Assembly: GCA_035269015.1 (NCBI GenBank)
Contig: DATFJU010000016.1
Location: 4,610-68,609 of the forward strand
Reading direction: 5' to 3'
DNA: 64,000 nt
Source of the DNA: Patescibacteria group bacterium
GTDB taxonomy: Bacteria > Patescibacteriota > Patescibacteriia > Patescibacteriales > UBA12465
Shown here: one piece after another, positions 29,501 to 36,556 of the stretch
How the letters are laid out: every line of letters starts with the position of its first letter
Position numbering within the stretch: position 1 is the stretch's first letter
The notes under the pieces: generated by a model
Database searches by the model: none
What the model was told of the DNA's origin: nothing
The model's input: only the letters and a program-made list of their open reading frames with translations
Translations under genes and position numbers: made by a program

Positions 29501-29696
29501 CTTTAACTTCTGGTTGAGCTTCTTTTGGTAAGGTAAAAATAGCAAAAAATCCAAAAACAATAATTAATAACATTATTAAGTAAGTAAAGCGGTAATTGGT
29601 AATAAAAAAGCCAAGCCAAGATTTCTTTTCTCTTTTTAGAGCTTGATCTAATTTCCTTTCTTTGTTTTCTATATATTCTTGATTATCAGTATTCAT
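26520..29696 (-). CDS. RND-family efflux transporter permease (AcrB/HAE-like)
   Basis: 1058 aa with the 12-TM, two-large-loop architecture. Conserved TM4-type segment LSLGLMVDNAIVVIE, repeated as SLAGIVVNDAIVLID. Confidence 0.9.
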   Translation of the reverse strand: MNTDNQEYIENKERKLDQALKREKKSWLGFFITNYRFTYLIMLLIIVFGFFAIFTLPKEAQPEVKVPYAVITTTYLGASPSDTETLITNKVENEIKNLENLNNYNSSSGLGFSSVFVEYNAETNLQDSFQKLREAVDRVKPRLPSDASSPEVTEIRLSDMPIVTYSLVGNYSDSELKKYADTLQEELESVADVSKVEIIGGLEREFQVIINENKLSTYNLSLGQVVNSINNTNFNLPAGIIEIDEYRYGVRIRGKITQASDLNTLVVTTYENSPVFLEDVATIKDTYKEKSTESRIAYPDEDPQNTISLQIYKKVGGNILNIVDNSENTISSLQENKTIPSTIKIEKTNDNSKYIKEDLNILGGSAIQTFILIALILLTILSLRGAIITALAVPIAFLMSFIFLMLQDMSINSMVLFSLVLSLGLMVDNAIVVIEGINEYVVKHKRSVYEAAILSIWNFKAAITAGTLTTVSAFLPMLLVSGIMGEYISIIPKTLIVTLLSSLFVALIIIPTLVTRFLKIKTNGNGGGRNKKRHQVINKQISKLATKYRKQLSNILPYKKKRRTIIISAWIIFIATIAIPVSGLMRIEMFPKIDFEYFYVNIELPVGSSLEKTKDVTTKVEEKVATIPELKNYVTTIGTEMSTDMMSSSDSRNKATITVNISEKDEREKTSFTIAENLREQIKNIQDAEVKVNEMAAGPPSGAPIEVRIFSDNSKTLSKYSEKVMKYFESVNNAINIETSLSNATGEFVFSIDRQKANYYSLNTSAIASTVRNALSGTTASTVNLNDEDIDIVVKYAQEDFTNIDDIKNLLIINQRGEEIPLKQVANLNLEPSLLTIEHKNGKQIATVTAELKKGANLQEITQNFKQEIEGYNLPDNSNIEIGGETEDIEKSYMEMFYSMIIAIFLIGAILILQFNSFKQPLIILFALPLAIIGVILGLFAIGQPFSIAVFIGIVSLAGIVVNDAIVLIDRINKNIKDGLEFTEAVIEGGIARMQPILITSITTIAGIFPLIFANEMWRGLSLAVIFGLIFSTVLNLIIVPILYTSLCKKDCLKKQSQ

Positions 29697-29706
29697 ATAT
29701 CAAGTA

Positions 29707-31503
29707 TTATTTAATTTGAATTAATGAGTTGTTTTCTATAGATTTAGAACCGTCTATAATTATTTCATTACCAATTTTTAGCCCTGATTTGATTTCTACT
29801 AAATTACCCTGGCTGTCACCTAAAGTCACTATTTGTTTTTTAGCAGTTAATTCATTATTTTCATTAAGTTTTACTAGATAAACATAGTTTTCAGTTTGAG
29901 TTATGGTTAAAGCTTCTAAAGGAATCATAATAACCCCACTTTTAACAGAGTTTTTATTATTTTTTTTAATCATCACATCTACAAAAGTTCCGGGAATTAA
30001 TTTTTTATTTTTATTATCTACTAATATTTCTACTTCTACTTTTTTAGTTTGTTCGTTAGCACTAGGGGCAATATTAGTAATCTTTGCTTTTATATCTTGA
30101 TTAATAATTACTTCTTGCCCTAAGTTAATTTGATATATATCTTCAGATGGTAAATTAATTACCACTTTAACGTTATTAGTTTGAGAAATGCTAGCAATTA
30201 CTTGCCCAGGATTTAATTCTGCACCGACTTCCACATTTTTTGAAGTAATTTGTCCTGATATAGGAGCACTAATAATTAAATCAGCTAACTGTTCTTGAGA
30301 CAAGTTTAGTTGTCCTAGAGCTGAGTCAACCTGTGACTGAGCCGAAAGTATTTGTTGTTTTTTAGATTCCCTTGCAGAATTTAGACTTACTAAAGCATTG
30401 TTATATGATATCTCAGCATTATTTAATTGATTCTGTGTCCCCTGAATGTTGTTTTTTAAAGCAATACGTTCTTTTTCTTGACTTAATTCAATAGTGCTTA
30501 AATTATTTAAAGTATTTTCTGCTGATTGCAGTGAACTGTTAACAGTGTTATATAATCTAGAAAACTTTTCTTGTTCTGCATTTAAGGCGCTTTGTGGAAA
30601 ATTGCTACTAGAGACAGTATTATCTAAAACAATAATTGTTTCATTGGTTAGAGTTTTAGTTTCTCTAAGCAAATCAATTATTTTTTCTAGCCTTTCTTCA
30701 ATGTTTTGACTTTCAACCGGTTCATCTTTTAAGTTATTATAAGTGCTTTTAGTGTTTTTATAAGTATTTTTAACTTTAACTAAAGCTGAATAGCTTTTAG
30801 CACTAAGAGTTGCTTTAATTTCTTCAAGTCGTGGACCTGGCTCAGCGCCAATAATATAGTTAACGTCTTCTAAAGCATCTTTAACAGTTTGTAGATAGTT
30901 ACTATAAGAAATAACAGCGCTGTTTTTAGTATCAACTAGATTTTTTTCTTGTAAAGAGATGGTGCTTTCATAATTTTCTTGAGCTGACTTCAGAGAAATT
31001 TCTGCATTATTAATTGCTTCTTGAGCTTGTATTACACCTATTTCAGCTTGTTCAACATTAGATTGGGTAGTTCTTTTTACAGCTTCTAAATTACTAAGCA
31101 TATTATAGTAATTAGTTTGTGCATTCTGATAACCTGTACGTGTGGTATTGCTTTTTAAATAGGCTAAAACTTGACCAGCGTTTATTTGATCGCCTCTATC
31201 AAATGATAATGACTGTATAGTCCCTTTAGCTAAAACTGTCACATCTACCTTAGTTTCAGCATTTACAGCTCCTACAGTCTCTATATATAGATTATTTGAG
31301 CTTGATGTAGCATTATTAATTGTCATCGTTTTTACTTCAAATAATCTTTCTTGTTCAGAATTATTTTGATTAGTGTCTTCTAGGTTATTATTTTTTTGTT
31401 TTTGTAGGGCACCATAGGCTCCATAGCCGAAAATAGCAATAATAATAACACTAGCTATTATTATAATAAGCTTTTTTTTCGGGGATTTTTTATTTTCATT
31501 CAT
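29707..31503 (-). CDS. Efflux adaptor (membrane fusion protein, HlyD/RND-MFP family), unusually long
   Basis: An N-terminal TM anchor, a lipoyl-like half-motif (VLAKGTIQSLSFDRGDQINAGQVLAYL...ISAPISGQITSKNVEVGAELNPGQVIA) and a very long Q/N/S/E-rich helical hairpin. It ends 10 nt upstream of the RND permease. Confidence 0.8.
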   Translation of the reverse strand: MNENKKSPKKKLIIIIASVIIIAIFGYGAYGALQKQKNNNLEDTNQNNSEQERLFEVKTMTINNATSSSNNLYIETVGAVNAETKVDVTVLAKGTIQSLSFDRGDQINAGQVLAYLKSNTTRTGYQNAQTNYYNMLSNLEAVKRTTQSNVEQAEIGVIQAQEAINNAEISLKSAQENYESTISLQEKNLVDTKNSAVISYSNYLQTVKDALEDVNYIIGAEPGPRLEEIKATLSAKSYSALVKVKNTYKNTKSTYNNLKDEPVESQNIEERLEKIIDLLRETKTLTNETIIVLDNTVSSSNFPQSALNAEQEKFSRLYNTVNSSLQSAENTLNNLSTIELSQEKERIALKNNIQGTQNQLNNAEISYNNALVSLNSARESKKQQILSAQSQVDSALGQLNLSQEQLADLIISAPISGQITSKNVEVGAELNPGQVIASISQTNNVKVVINLPSEDIYQINLGQEVIINQDIKAKITNIAPSANEQTKKVEVEILVDNKNKKLIPGTFVDVMIKKNNKNSVKSGVIMIPLEALTITQTENYVYLVKLNENNELTAKKQIVTLGDSQGNLVEIKSGLKIGNEIIIDGSKSIENNSLIQIK

Positions 31504-31542
31504 GTTTTCAGTTATAATAGTTTAAATTAATAAAGTTTAGCT

Positions 31543-31571
31543 ATTTTAATAAATAAATAAGTTTTTGTCAA
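31543..31571 (-). promoter_or_regulatory. Candidate promoter of the MFP-RND operon
   Basis: On the minus strand: TTGACA (31571-31566), a 17-nt spacer, then TAAAAT (31548-31543). It lies about 40 nt upstream of the ATG at 31503. Confidence 0.45.
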
Positions 31572-31636
31572 TCCCTGTTTACTTATAAAAAGCATATAAT
31601 TTAGCTAGATAATAGTGTTAAACTAATTATATAAAT

Positions 31637-31709
31637 AAAAAAAAGAGGCCCATCGCGGGCTCCTTCATATTATAATATATAATAAATATGTGGATACCTG
31701 ATGGGCCTC
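31637..31709 (-). terminator. Strong intrinsic terminator on the minus strand inside the long intergenic gap
   Basis: A 10-bp GC-rich base, gaggcccatc (31645-54) with gatgggcctc (31700-09), closes an imperfect long hairpin. On the minus strand it is followed by U8 (A8 at 31637-44 on plus). Confidence 0.6.
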
Positions 31710-31917
31710 ACTTCTAAGTTTTGTATATTCTTACTTTTTTGTAAGTTTTTAAACAACTCAGAAGTAAAGCATCGCTGATTTATGCTTTATATTAAGCTAA
31801 TTTTAGGTTTTTATTATAAAACCTTAATATTTTTATTTTTATCACCTATCAGCTTAAAGTGATATTCATAAATTAGCTCGATATTTGATTTTCAATAAAC
31901 AGTTTTTCTAGTTTGTG
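31637..31917 (-). ncRNA. Candidate small RNA or orphan transcript ending at the 31637-31709 terminator
   Basis: A minus-strand promoter-like element, TTGTTT (31952-47) then 17 nt then TATAAT (31929-24). Three stacked hairpins lie just before the terminator: 31765-72/31782-89, 31711-20/31755-64 and the inner 31730-34/31741-45. There is no ORF of useful size on either strand. Confidence 0.3.
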
Positions 31918-32035
31918 TTAACAATTATAGCATCGTTATTAAAAGGAAACAAGCTTTTAGTTAGTAAAAATGGTACATTCTGTATTCTTACCTAATATTA
32001 GCGCTAAATTTGGTGCTTTGATTATGATTTAAACA

Positions 32036-32065
32036 ACTTTAGTCCAGGGTTTCCTGGACTAAAGT
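32036..32065. repeat. Hairpin repeat copy A (13-bp perfect stem)
   Basis: actttagtccagg-gttt-cctggactaaagt. It is near-identical to the sequence at 32224-32252. Confidence 0.6.
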
Positions 32066-32111
32066 ATTGTAGTTATATACAAAAAACACAAGTTATCCAC
32101 AGGTTTAGGAA

Positions 32112-32137
32112 AACAAAAAATACTCATTTTTGAGTAT
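32112..32137 (-). terminator. Intrinsic terminator after tRNA-Cys
   Basis: On the minus strand: atactca-aaaa-tgagtat followed by U6. Confidence 0.6.
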
Positions 32138-32143
32138 ATTTTG

Positions 32144-32217
32144 AGGCTCAGACCGGATTCGAACCGGTGAATAACGGTTTTGCAAACCGCAGCGTTAGAC
32201 CGCTTCGCCACTGAGCC
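32144..32217 (-). tRNA. tRNA-Cys (anticodon GCA)
   Basis: The reverse complement folds as a cloverleaf. Acceptor ggctcag pairs with ctgagcc. The anticodon loop is ttGCAaa and the T-loop is ttcgaat. No CCA is encoded. Confidence 0.9.
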
Positions 32218-32223
32218 TTATTG

Positions 32224-32252
32224 GACTTTAGTCCAGGTTTTCCTGGACAGAA
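32224..32252. repeat. Hairpin repeat copy B (overlaps the last codons and stop of tsaD)
   Basis: gactttagtccagg-tttt-cctggacagaaag. It shares 13 and then 10 identical bases with copy A. On the minus strand it encodes the TsaD C-terminus SVQENLD*. Confidence 0.6.
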
Positions 32253-33277
32253 AGCACCTTCCAAGAGTTTTTTAGCTTTGTTAATGATGCTTTGTCTTTT
32301 ATTTTTTTGTTAAAAACAGAAGCTGCTGCGATCATAGCAGCATTATCTGTAGTATATTGTAAATCACTAATGAAAACTTGTAAATGCTTATCTTGAGCTT
32401 TTTTTGTGAGCTCTTCTCTTAACTTTATATTAGCGGAAACTCCTCCAGATAGCAATACTGATTTAGCAAGATGTTTTTTAGCGGCTTTTATGGTTTTAGT
32501 AACTAATACATCTACAATAGCTTCTTGATAGAGGTAACAATATTCATTTATGTTATTTTTCCAGTTCTTATCTTTTTTTAAACGGTATAAAAGAGAAGTT
32601 TTAAGCCCTGAAAAGGAAAAATCAAGATTATCACTGTATTTCATTGGTCTAGGAAAGTCTTTTAGACTTTGTTTTTTCTTGGATTTTTCAAACTCTTGAG
32701 CTTTTTTAGATATAATTGGGCCTCCAGGGTAGCCCAGGGACATCATTTTAGCTCCTTTATCAAAAGCTTCACCAGCTGCATCATCTCTGGTGCTACCCAG
32801 TTTTCTATATTTAGTTGGTGACTGCATTAAAACAATGTTACTGTGTCCACCTGAGACTGTTAATATTACTGCGGGAAACTTAATATTTTTCCAATTATTA
32901 ATAAAGGGAGCAAAAAGATGACCTTCTATGTGGTTTATACCGATTATTGGTATATTATTAGCGTAGGCAAGGGTTCTAGCTGTTTCTGTGCCTGTTAAAA
33001 GGGATGTTACTAGACCTGGTCCTTTAGTTACAGCAATAAGATTAATATCTTTTATGGTGCACTCTGCCTCTTTTAAAGCATTATCTATTGTTGGTAGTAG
33101 TTTATATACATGTTCTCTAGCAGCTAATTCTGGCACTACACCTCCATATTTAGCATGAAGCTTTATTTGTGATGAAATAACGTTGCTTTTTACTTTTATT
33201 TCTTTATTTTTTTTGTTAGCAAAGACAACGCTGGCAGCGCTTTCATCACAACTTGATTCAATAGCTAAAATATTCAT
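32228..33277 (-). CDS. tsaD: tRNA N6-adenosine threonylcarbamoyltransferase TsaD (Kae1/Gcp)
   Basis: ILAIESSCDESA, the metal site GINHIEGHLF, SGGHS and GGVSAN motifs. Confidence 0.9.
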   Translation of the reverse strand: MNILAIESSCDESAASVVFANKKNKEIKVKSNVISSQIKLHAKYGGVVPELAAREHVYKLLPTIDNALKEAECTIKDINLIAVTKGPGLVTSLLTGTETARTLAYANNIPIIGINHIEGHLFAPFINNWKNIKFPAVILTVSGGHSNIVLMQSPTKYRKLGSTRDDAAGEAFDKGAKMMSLGYPGGPIISKKAQEFEKSKKKQSLKDFPRPMKYSDNLDFSFSGLKTSLLYRLKKDKNWKNNINEYCYLYQEAIVDVLVTKTIKAAKKHLAKSVLLSGGVSANIKLREELTKKAQDKHLQVFISDLQYTTDNAAMIAAASVFNKKIKDKASLTKLKNSWKVLSVQENLD

Positions 33278-33389
33278 ACTATTATTTACTTGACTAAAAA
33301 TATAATTTTATTTATACTTATTTTCAGTACAACGTTATCATATTTATTTAAAAAAAGCCATCCCAGCGGGATGATTTTTAAATAATTTT

Positions 33390-33461
33390 GGTCCCTTCGT
33401 CTAGTGGTTAGGACACCAGATTTTCATTCTGGTAACAGGGGTTCGATTCCCCTAGGGACTA
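33390..33461 (+). tRNA. tRNA-Glu (anticodon UUC)
   Basis: Acceptor ggtccct pairs with agggact (G1-U72). The anticodon loop is ttTTCat and the T-loop is ttcgatt. No CCA is encoded. Confidence 0.9.
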
Positions 33462-33467
33462 CACTCT

Positions 33468-33499
33468 AAACAGACATCTATATTGGTGTCTGTTTTTTT
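33468..33499 (+). terminator. Intrinsic terminator after tRNA-Glu
   Basis: aaacagaca (33468-76) pairs with tgtctgttt (33487-95), followed by a T-run. Confidence 0.6.
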
Positions 33500-33501
33500 A
33501 T

Positions 33502-33530
33502 TTGACAGCAAATTTCTTGAGTATTATAAT
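33502..33530 (+). promoter_or_regulatory. Consensus sigma70-type promoter of the ArsR-led operon
   Basis: TTGACA (33502-07), an exactly 17-nt spacer, then TATAAT (33525-30). Confidence 0.6.
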
Positions 33531-33546
33531 ATCAATATAAATTGAT
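33531..33546 (+). promoter_or_regulatory. Candidate ArsR operator (6-4-6 inverted repeat abutting the -10)
   Basis: atcaat-ataa-attgat, immediately downstream of the TATAAT box and so overlapping the expected transcription start. Confidence 0.35.
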
Positions 33547-33569
33547 GATAGAGTAATTACTTTTTACAT

Positions 33570-33887
33570 ATGAAAACTAAATGTTATGAAAAAAAAGAGT
33601 TAACACAAAAATATCTTGATCTAGCTAGGTTTCTGAGAATCATTGGCGATAATAATCGTTTAAAGATTTTATGTTTACTTAAAGATGATGATTTATATGT
33701 TGAGGAGTTATCTCTTAATTTAGATTTAGCCCAAAATTTAGTTTCTAGTCATTTGAAAGTTATGATAGATTTTGGTTTACTAGTTGTGAAACAAGAAGGA
33801 AAGAAAAATTATTATAGTATTAATAATAAAATATTTAAAAAGTATAATTCATTGGTAAATAAGTTTTTAGAAAATTATAAAAGATAA
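33570..33887 (+). CDS. ArsR/SmtB-family winged-helix transcriptional regulator
   Basis: LARFLRIIGDNNRLKILCLLKDDDLYVEELSLNLDLAQNLVSSHLKVMIDFGLLVVKQEGKKNYYSI is the HTH_5 core. Two Cys are present (C5 and C35). Confidence 0.8.
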   Translation: MKTKCYEKKELTQKYLDLARFLRIIGDNNRLKILCLLKDDDLYVEELSLNLDLAQNLVSSHLKVMIDFGLLVVKQEGKKNYYSINNKIFKKYNSLVNKFLENYKR

Positions 33888-33939
33888 GATATTATTTCTT
33901 TAGGATTAAATCTATTATTAGTTTTTGTAATTTAGCAAC

Positions 33940-34164
33940 ATGTTTGAAAATATTTCTAAAAAAAATAAAAAAACATTTTTATTTTTGATGTTAGCATTTT
34001 TATTAATTTTAATTATATTGTTTTTATTTAGTATAAAACAGGAAGAAAAGAAAAATAAAGAAGAGAAACCTAGTAATACTAAAGTAGAAGTAGCGGTTTG
34101 TCCTACTTATAGTGATTTTTTGCTATTAAAGCAAAATAATTGGTATAATAATGGTAAGCTCTAG
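33940..34164 (+). CDS. Signal-anchored N-terminal fragment or small protein (possibly the 5' half of a frameshifted gene)
   Basis: A TM anchor then ...KVEVAVCPTYSDFLLLK. It overlaps the next ORF by 14 nt in a different frame. Confidence 0.35.
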   Translation: MFENISKKNKKTFLFLMLAFLLILIILFLFSIKQEEKKNKEEKPSNTKVEVAVCPTYSDFLLLKQNNWYNNGKL

Positions 34165-34612
34165 AAGTACTGCTGAGAGTTTAGATTTATTAGATAAAAA
34201 TATTGTTGATTATGTAATATCGGGTCGTCCCCCTAAACCTCAAGAAACTGAGTATGAATATTTATATATTAATAGAAGTGGTTATTCTTTTTTAGGAACT
34301 ACTTCTGCATCTTATTATGTTGATGACTTAAAAGATATAAAAATTTATACTGATTTAAAAGAAGATGATGTAGAGTTTCTTAAAAATAGTTTAAAGTTAA
34401 ATAATATAACAAGAGTGGAAGATGTGTATAATAGACCTAATCCAGGTTTAGCTATAACTACTTGGGAAAATACTGATTATAGTAAAGATAGTATTGTGCA
34501 TGTTTATAATAACAATAATGAGCGTTACAAATACTCCAGAACACCAATTTTGTATTGTAAAAACTGTGATAAAAAAATTGTAAATTTATTTATAAAAACA
34601 TTAAATAATTAA
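34151..34612 (+). CDS. Hypothetical extracytoplasmic protein (possibly the 3' half of a periplasmic-binding-fold protein)
   Basis: The STAESLDLLDKNIVDYVISGRPPKP segment resembles type-2 periplasmic-binding-protein folds. No signal peptide of its own is present. It ends with a CKNC pair. Confidence 0.4.
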   Translation: MVSSRSTAESLDLLDKNIVDYVISGRPPKPQETEYEYLYINRSGYSFLGTTSASYYVDDLKDIKIYTDLKEDDVEFLKNSLKLNNITRVEDVYNRPNPGLAITTWENTDYSKDSIVHVYNNNNERYKYSRTPILYCKNCDKKIVNLFIKTLNN

Positions 34613-34618
34613 AGTAAT

Positions 34619-36103
34619 ATGAAAAACAACCTTTTTATTAAGAAACGAATTGTATTAGCTATTTTTGTGCTATTTTTTTCTTTATTGTCTTTTAACATAG
34701 GTGTAACTAACAACTCTGTTCTTGCAGTTAGCAGTGAAAATAATGTAGATAATTTTAGTGAAAATAATGAAGAAAATAATCATAAGCCTTGTCTTCATTT
34801 TTTCTATAAACCAGACTGTTCTCAATGTCAGTATATTAGTAGTTTTTTAGAAGAGGTTGAAAATGAATACAAGATAGAAGTAGAAAAATATAATATTAAA
34901 GAAGAGGAAGATAAAGAGTTGTATAACTCTTTTAAATCTCGATATGGATTAATTAGCAGTGCGTACCCTGTTATATTTATTGGTGATAATTATTTAATGG
35001 GAGACAAAGCTATTGAAAATAATTTAGAAAATGAAATAGAACGTTGTCAAAAGCATGATTGTCCTTGTCCTTTGGCGATGGTAAATTCTGGTACAGCTTC
35101 AGTTCCTCAATCTGATGAGATTACTGCGGAAGATCCAGAAGTTTTAACATTACCACTTGTAGGAGAGGTAGATTTTTCTTCAATGCCTATATATGTAACC
35201 ACTGCTATTATTGCTTTTGTTGATGGTTTTAATCCTTGTTCTTTGTGGCTCATCACTTTTTTAATAGGTATTGTAATATATAGTCGTTCAAGAAAGAAAA
35301 TATTAATTGTGGGAGGAACATTTCTATTGGTAACCGGTGCTGCTTATGCTCTTTTCATGGCAGGACTTTTAAATGTTTTTGCTTATGTGGGTTATTTGTC
35401 TTGGATTCAAATAGCTGTAGCTGTGGTAGCAGGTGTTTTTGCACTAGTGAATATTAAAGATTATTTTTGGTATAAGAAAGGTGTTTCTTTTACAATTTCT
35501 GATAAATATAAGCCAAAGATTTTTAAAAATATGCGCGGAATAATGAAGGGAGATAAATCACTTTGGCAAATGGTAGTAGGAACAACTATTTTAGCTTTAG
35601 GAGTGGTTTTAATTGAATTACCTTGTACTGCAGGCTTTCCAGTGGTTTGGACTAATATTTTAGCTCAAGGAGGTATTGAAGGTGGTGTTTTTTATTCTCT
35701 TCTAGCTTTATATATGTTAATCTATTTATTAGATGAAGTAGCAGTTCTTTTAATAGCTGCTTGGACTATGCGTGCTAGTCGTTTTGAAGAAAAGCATGGT
35801 AGGATGTTAAAGTTAATTGGGGGTATGGTTATGCTTTCACTAGCTATAGTAATGATAGTAGATCCTAACTTAATGCATAACATTAGTGGGTCTGTTATAG
35901 TTTTTGCAGGCGCTGTTGCTGCTTCTTTTTTAGTAATGTATCTTCATCGTTATATACTACCTAAACTAGGAATTAGAATTGGTAGTGAAAAAGAAATAAT
36001 AGAAGAAAGGGAAGATGAGATTAAAGAAAAAAATGAAATAGAAATAAACGAAGATAATAATAATGGAGAGAAGAGTGAGAATGAAAATGATGATGAAGAA
36101 TAA
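34619..36103 (+). CDS. Thioredoxin/glutaredoxin-like CxxC domain fused to a CcdA/DsbD-like two-cysteine membrane core
   Basis: A signal anchor, then a Trx-like module (FFYKPDCSQCQY) with a second motif CQKHDCPC. The TM core has Cys in FVDGFNPCSLW and IELPCTAGFP, placed as in the CcdA/DsbD transmembrane family. The C-terminal tail is acidic. Confidence 0.7.
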   Translation: MKNNLFIKKRIVLAIFVLFFSLLSFNIGVTNNSVLAVSSENNVDNFSENNEENNHKPCLHFFYKPDCSQCQYISSFLEEVENEYKIEVEKYNIKEEEDKELYNSFKSRYGLISSAYPVIFIGDNYLMGDKAIENNLENEIERCQKHDCPCPLAMVNSGTASVPQSDEITAEDPEVLTLPLVGEVDFSSMPIYVTTAIIAFVDGFNPCSLWLITFLIGIVIYSRSRKKILIVGGTFLLVTGAAYALFMAGLLNVFAYVGYLSWIQIAVAVVAGVFALVNIKDYFWYKKGVSFTISDKYKPKIFKNMRGIMKGDKSLWQMVVGTTILALGVVLIELPCTAGFPVVWTNILAQGGIEGGVFYSLLALYMLIYLLDEVAVLLIAAWTMRASRFEEKHGRMLKLIGGMVMLSLAIVMIVDPNLMHNISGSVIVFAGAVAASFLVMYLHRYILPKLGIRIGSEKEIIEEREDEIKEKNEIEINEDNNNGEKSENENDDEE

Positions 36104-36126
36104 TTAAAAAATTAATAATTATTTAT

Positions 36127-36504
36127 ATGAGTAAAGATTTACCAACAAATTTATTGTATAACAATGATTATTCTTGGGTTAAGATTGAAGACGATGTGGC
36201 CATTTTAGGAATAATTAAACCTGCTTGCGATAAAATAGAAGAGTTTGTATTTGTAAAATTACCAGAGAAAGGTCAGAAGATTAAAAGAGGTGAAGTCTAT
36301 GCATCTTTAGAGGCCATTAAATGGAGTGGACATCTTTCTAGTCCTTTTACAGGCGAGATTATTGAAGTAAATGAAGATATCTTTGATGAACCTAGTATTA
36401 TCAATGAAGATCCTTATGGCAAGGGTTGGATAGCTAAAATTAAGTTAGCAAATAAAGAAGAAAAAGATGACCTTGTTTCAGCCGAAGAAGTTAAAGAGGT
36501 TTAG
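36127..36504 (+). CDS. gcvH: Glycine-cleavage H-type lipoyl carrier protein
   Basis: YSWVKIEDDVAILGI, lipoyl-Lys context SLEAIKWSG (K65, codon 36319-36321), and PFTGEIIEVNE...INEDPYGKGW. Confidence 0.85.
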   Translation: MSKDLPTNLLYNNDYSWVKIEDDVAILGIIKPACDKIEEFVFVKLPEKGQKIKRGEVYASLEAIKWSGHLSSPFTGEIIEVNEDIFDEPSIINEDPYGKGWIAKIKLANKEEKDDLVSAEEVKEV

Positions 36505-36556
36505 TTTAGTAATAATAAATAATAAAAATTAATTTAATAAATTAAGTAATTAACAT

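Noticed and set aside
26563-30709. Antisense ORFs inside the RND permease and adaptor (26563-27006, 27112-27420, 27559-27801, 29903-30100, 30494-30709)
   Set aside because: The RND and MFP reading frames are continuous and motif-bearing. The antisense frames are artefacts of AT-rich DNA.
32036-33500. Integrated mobile element at tRNA-Cys or tRNA-Glu
   Set aside because: Direct repeats flank tRNA-Cys, but the bracketed segment is only about 160 bp. No integrase, transposase or phage gene is visible nearby. It is reported as a repeat or rearrangement scar, not as a mobile element.
36127-36504. Interpreting gcvH as part of a standard glycine cleavage operon
   Set aside because: No gcvT or gcvP, and no lpdA with a CxxxxC site, is adjacent or anywhere in the 64 kb. 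These genes could still exist elsewhere in the genome, which I cannot see.
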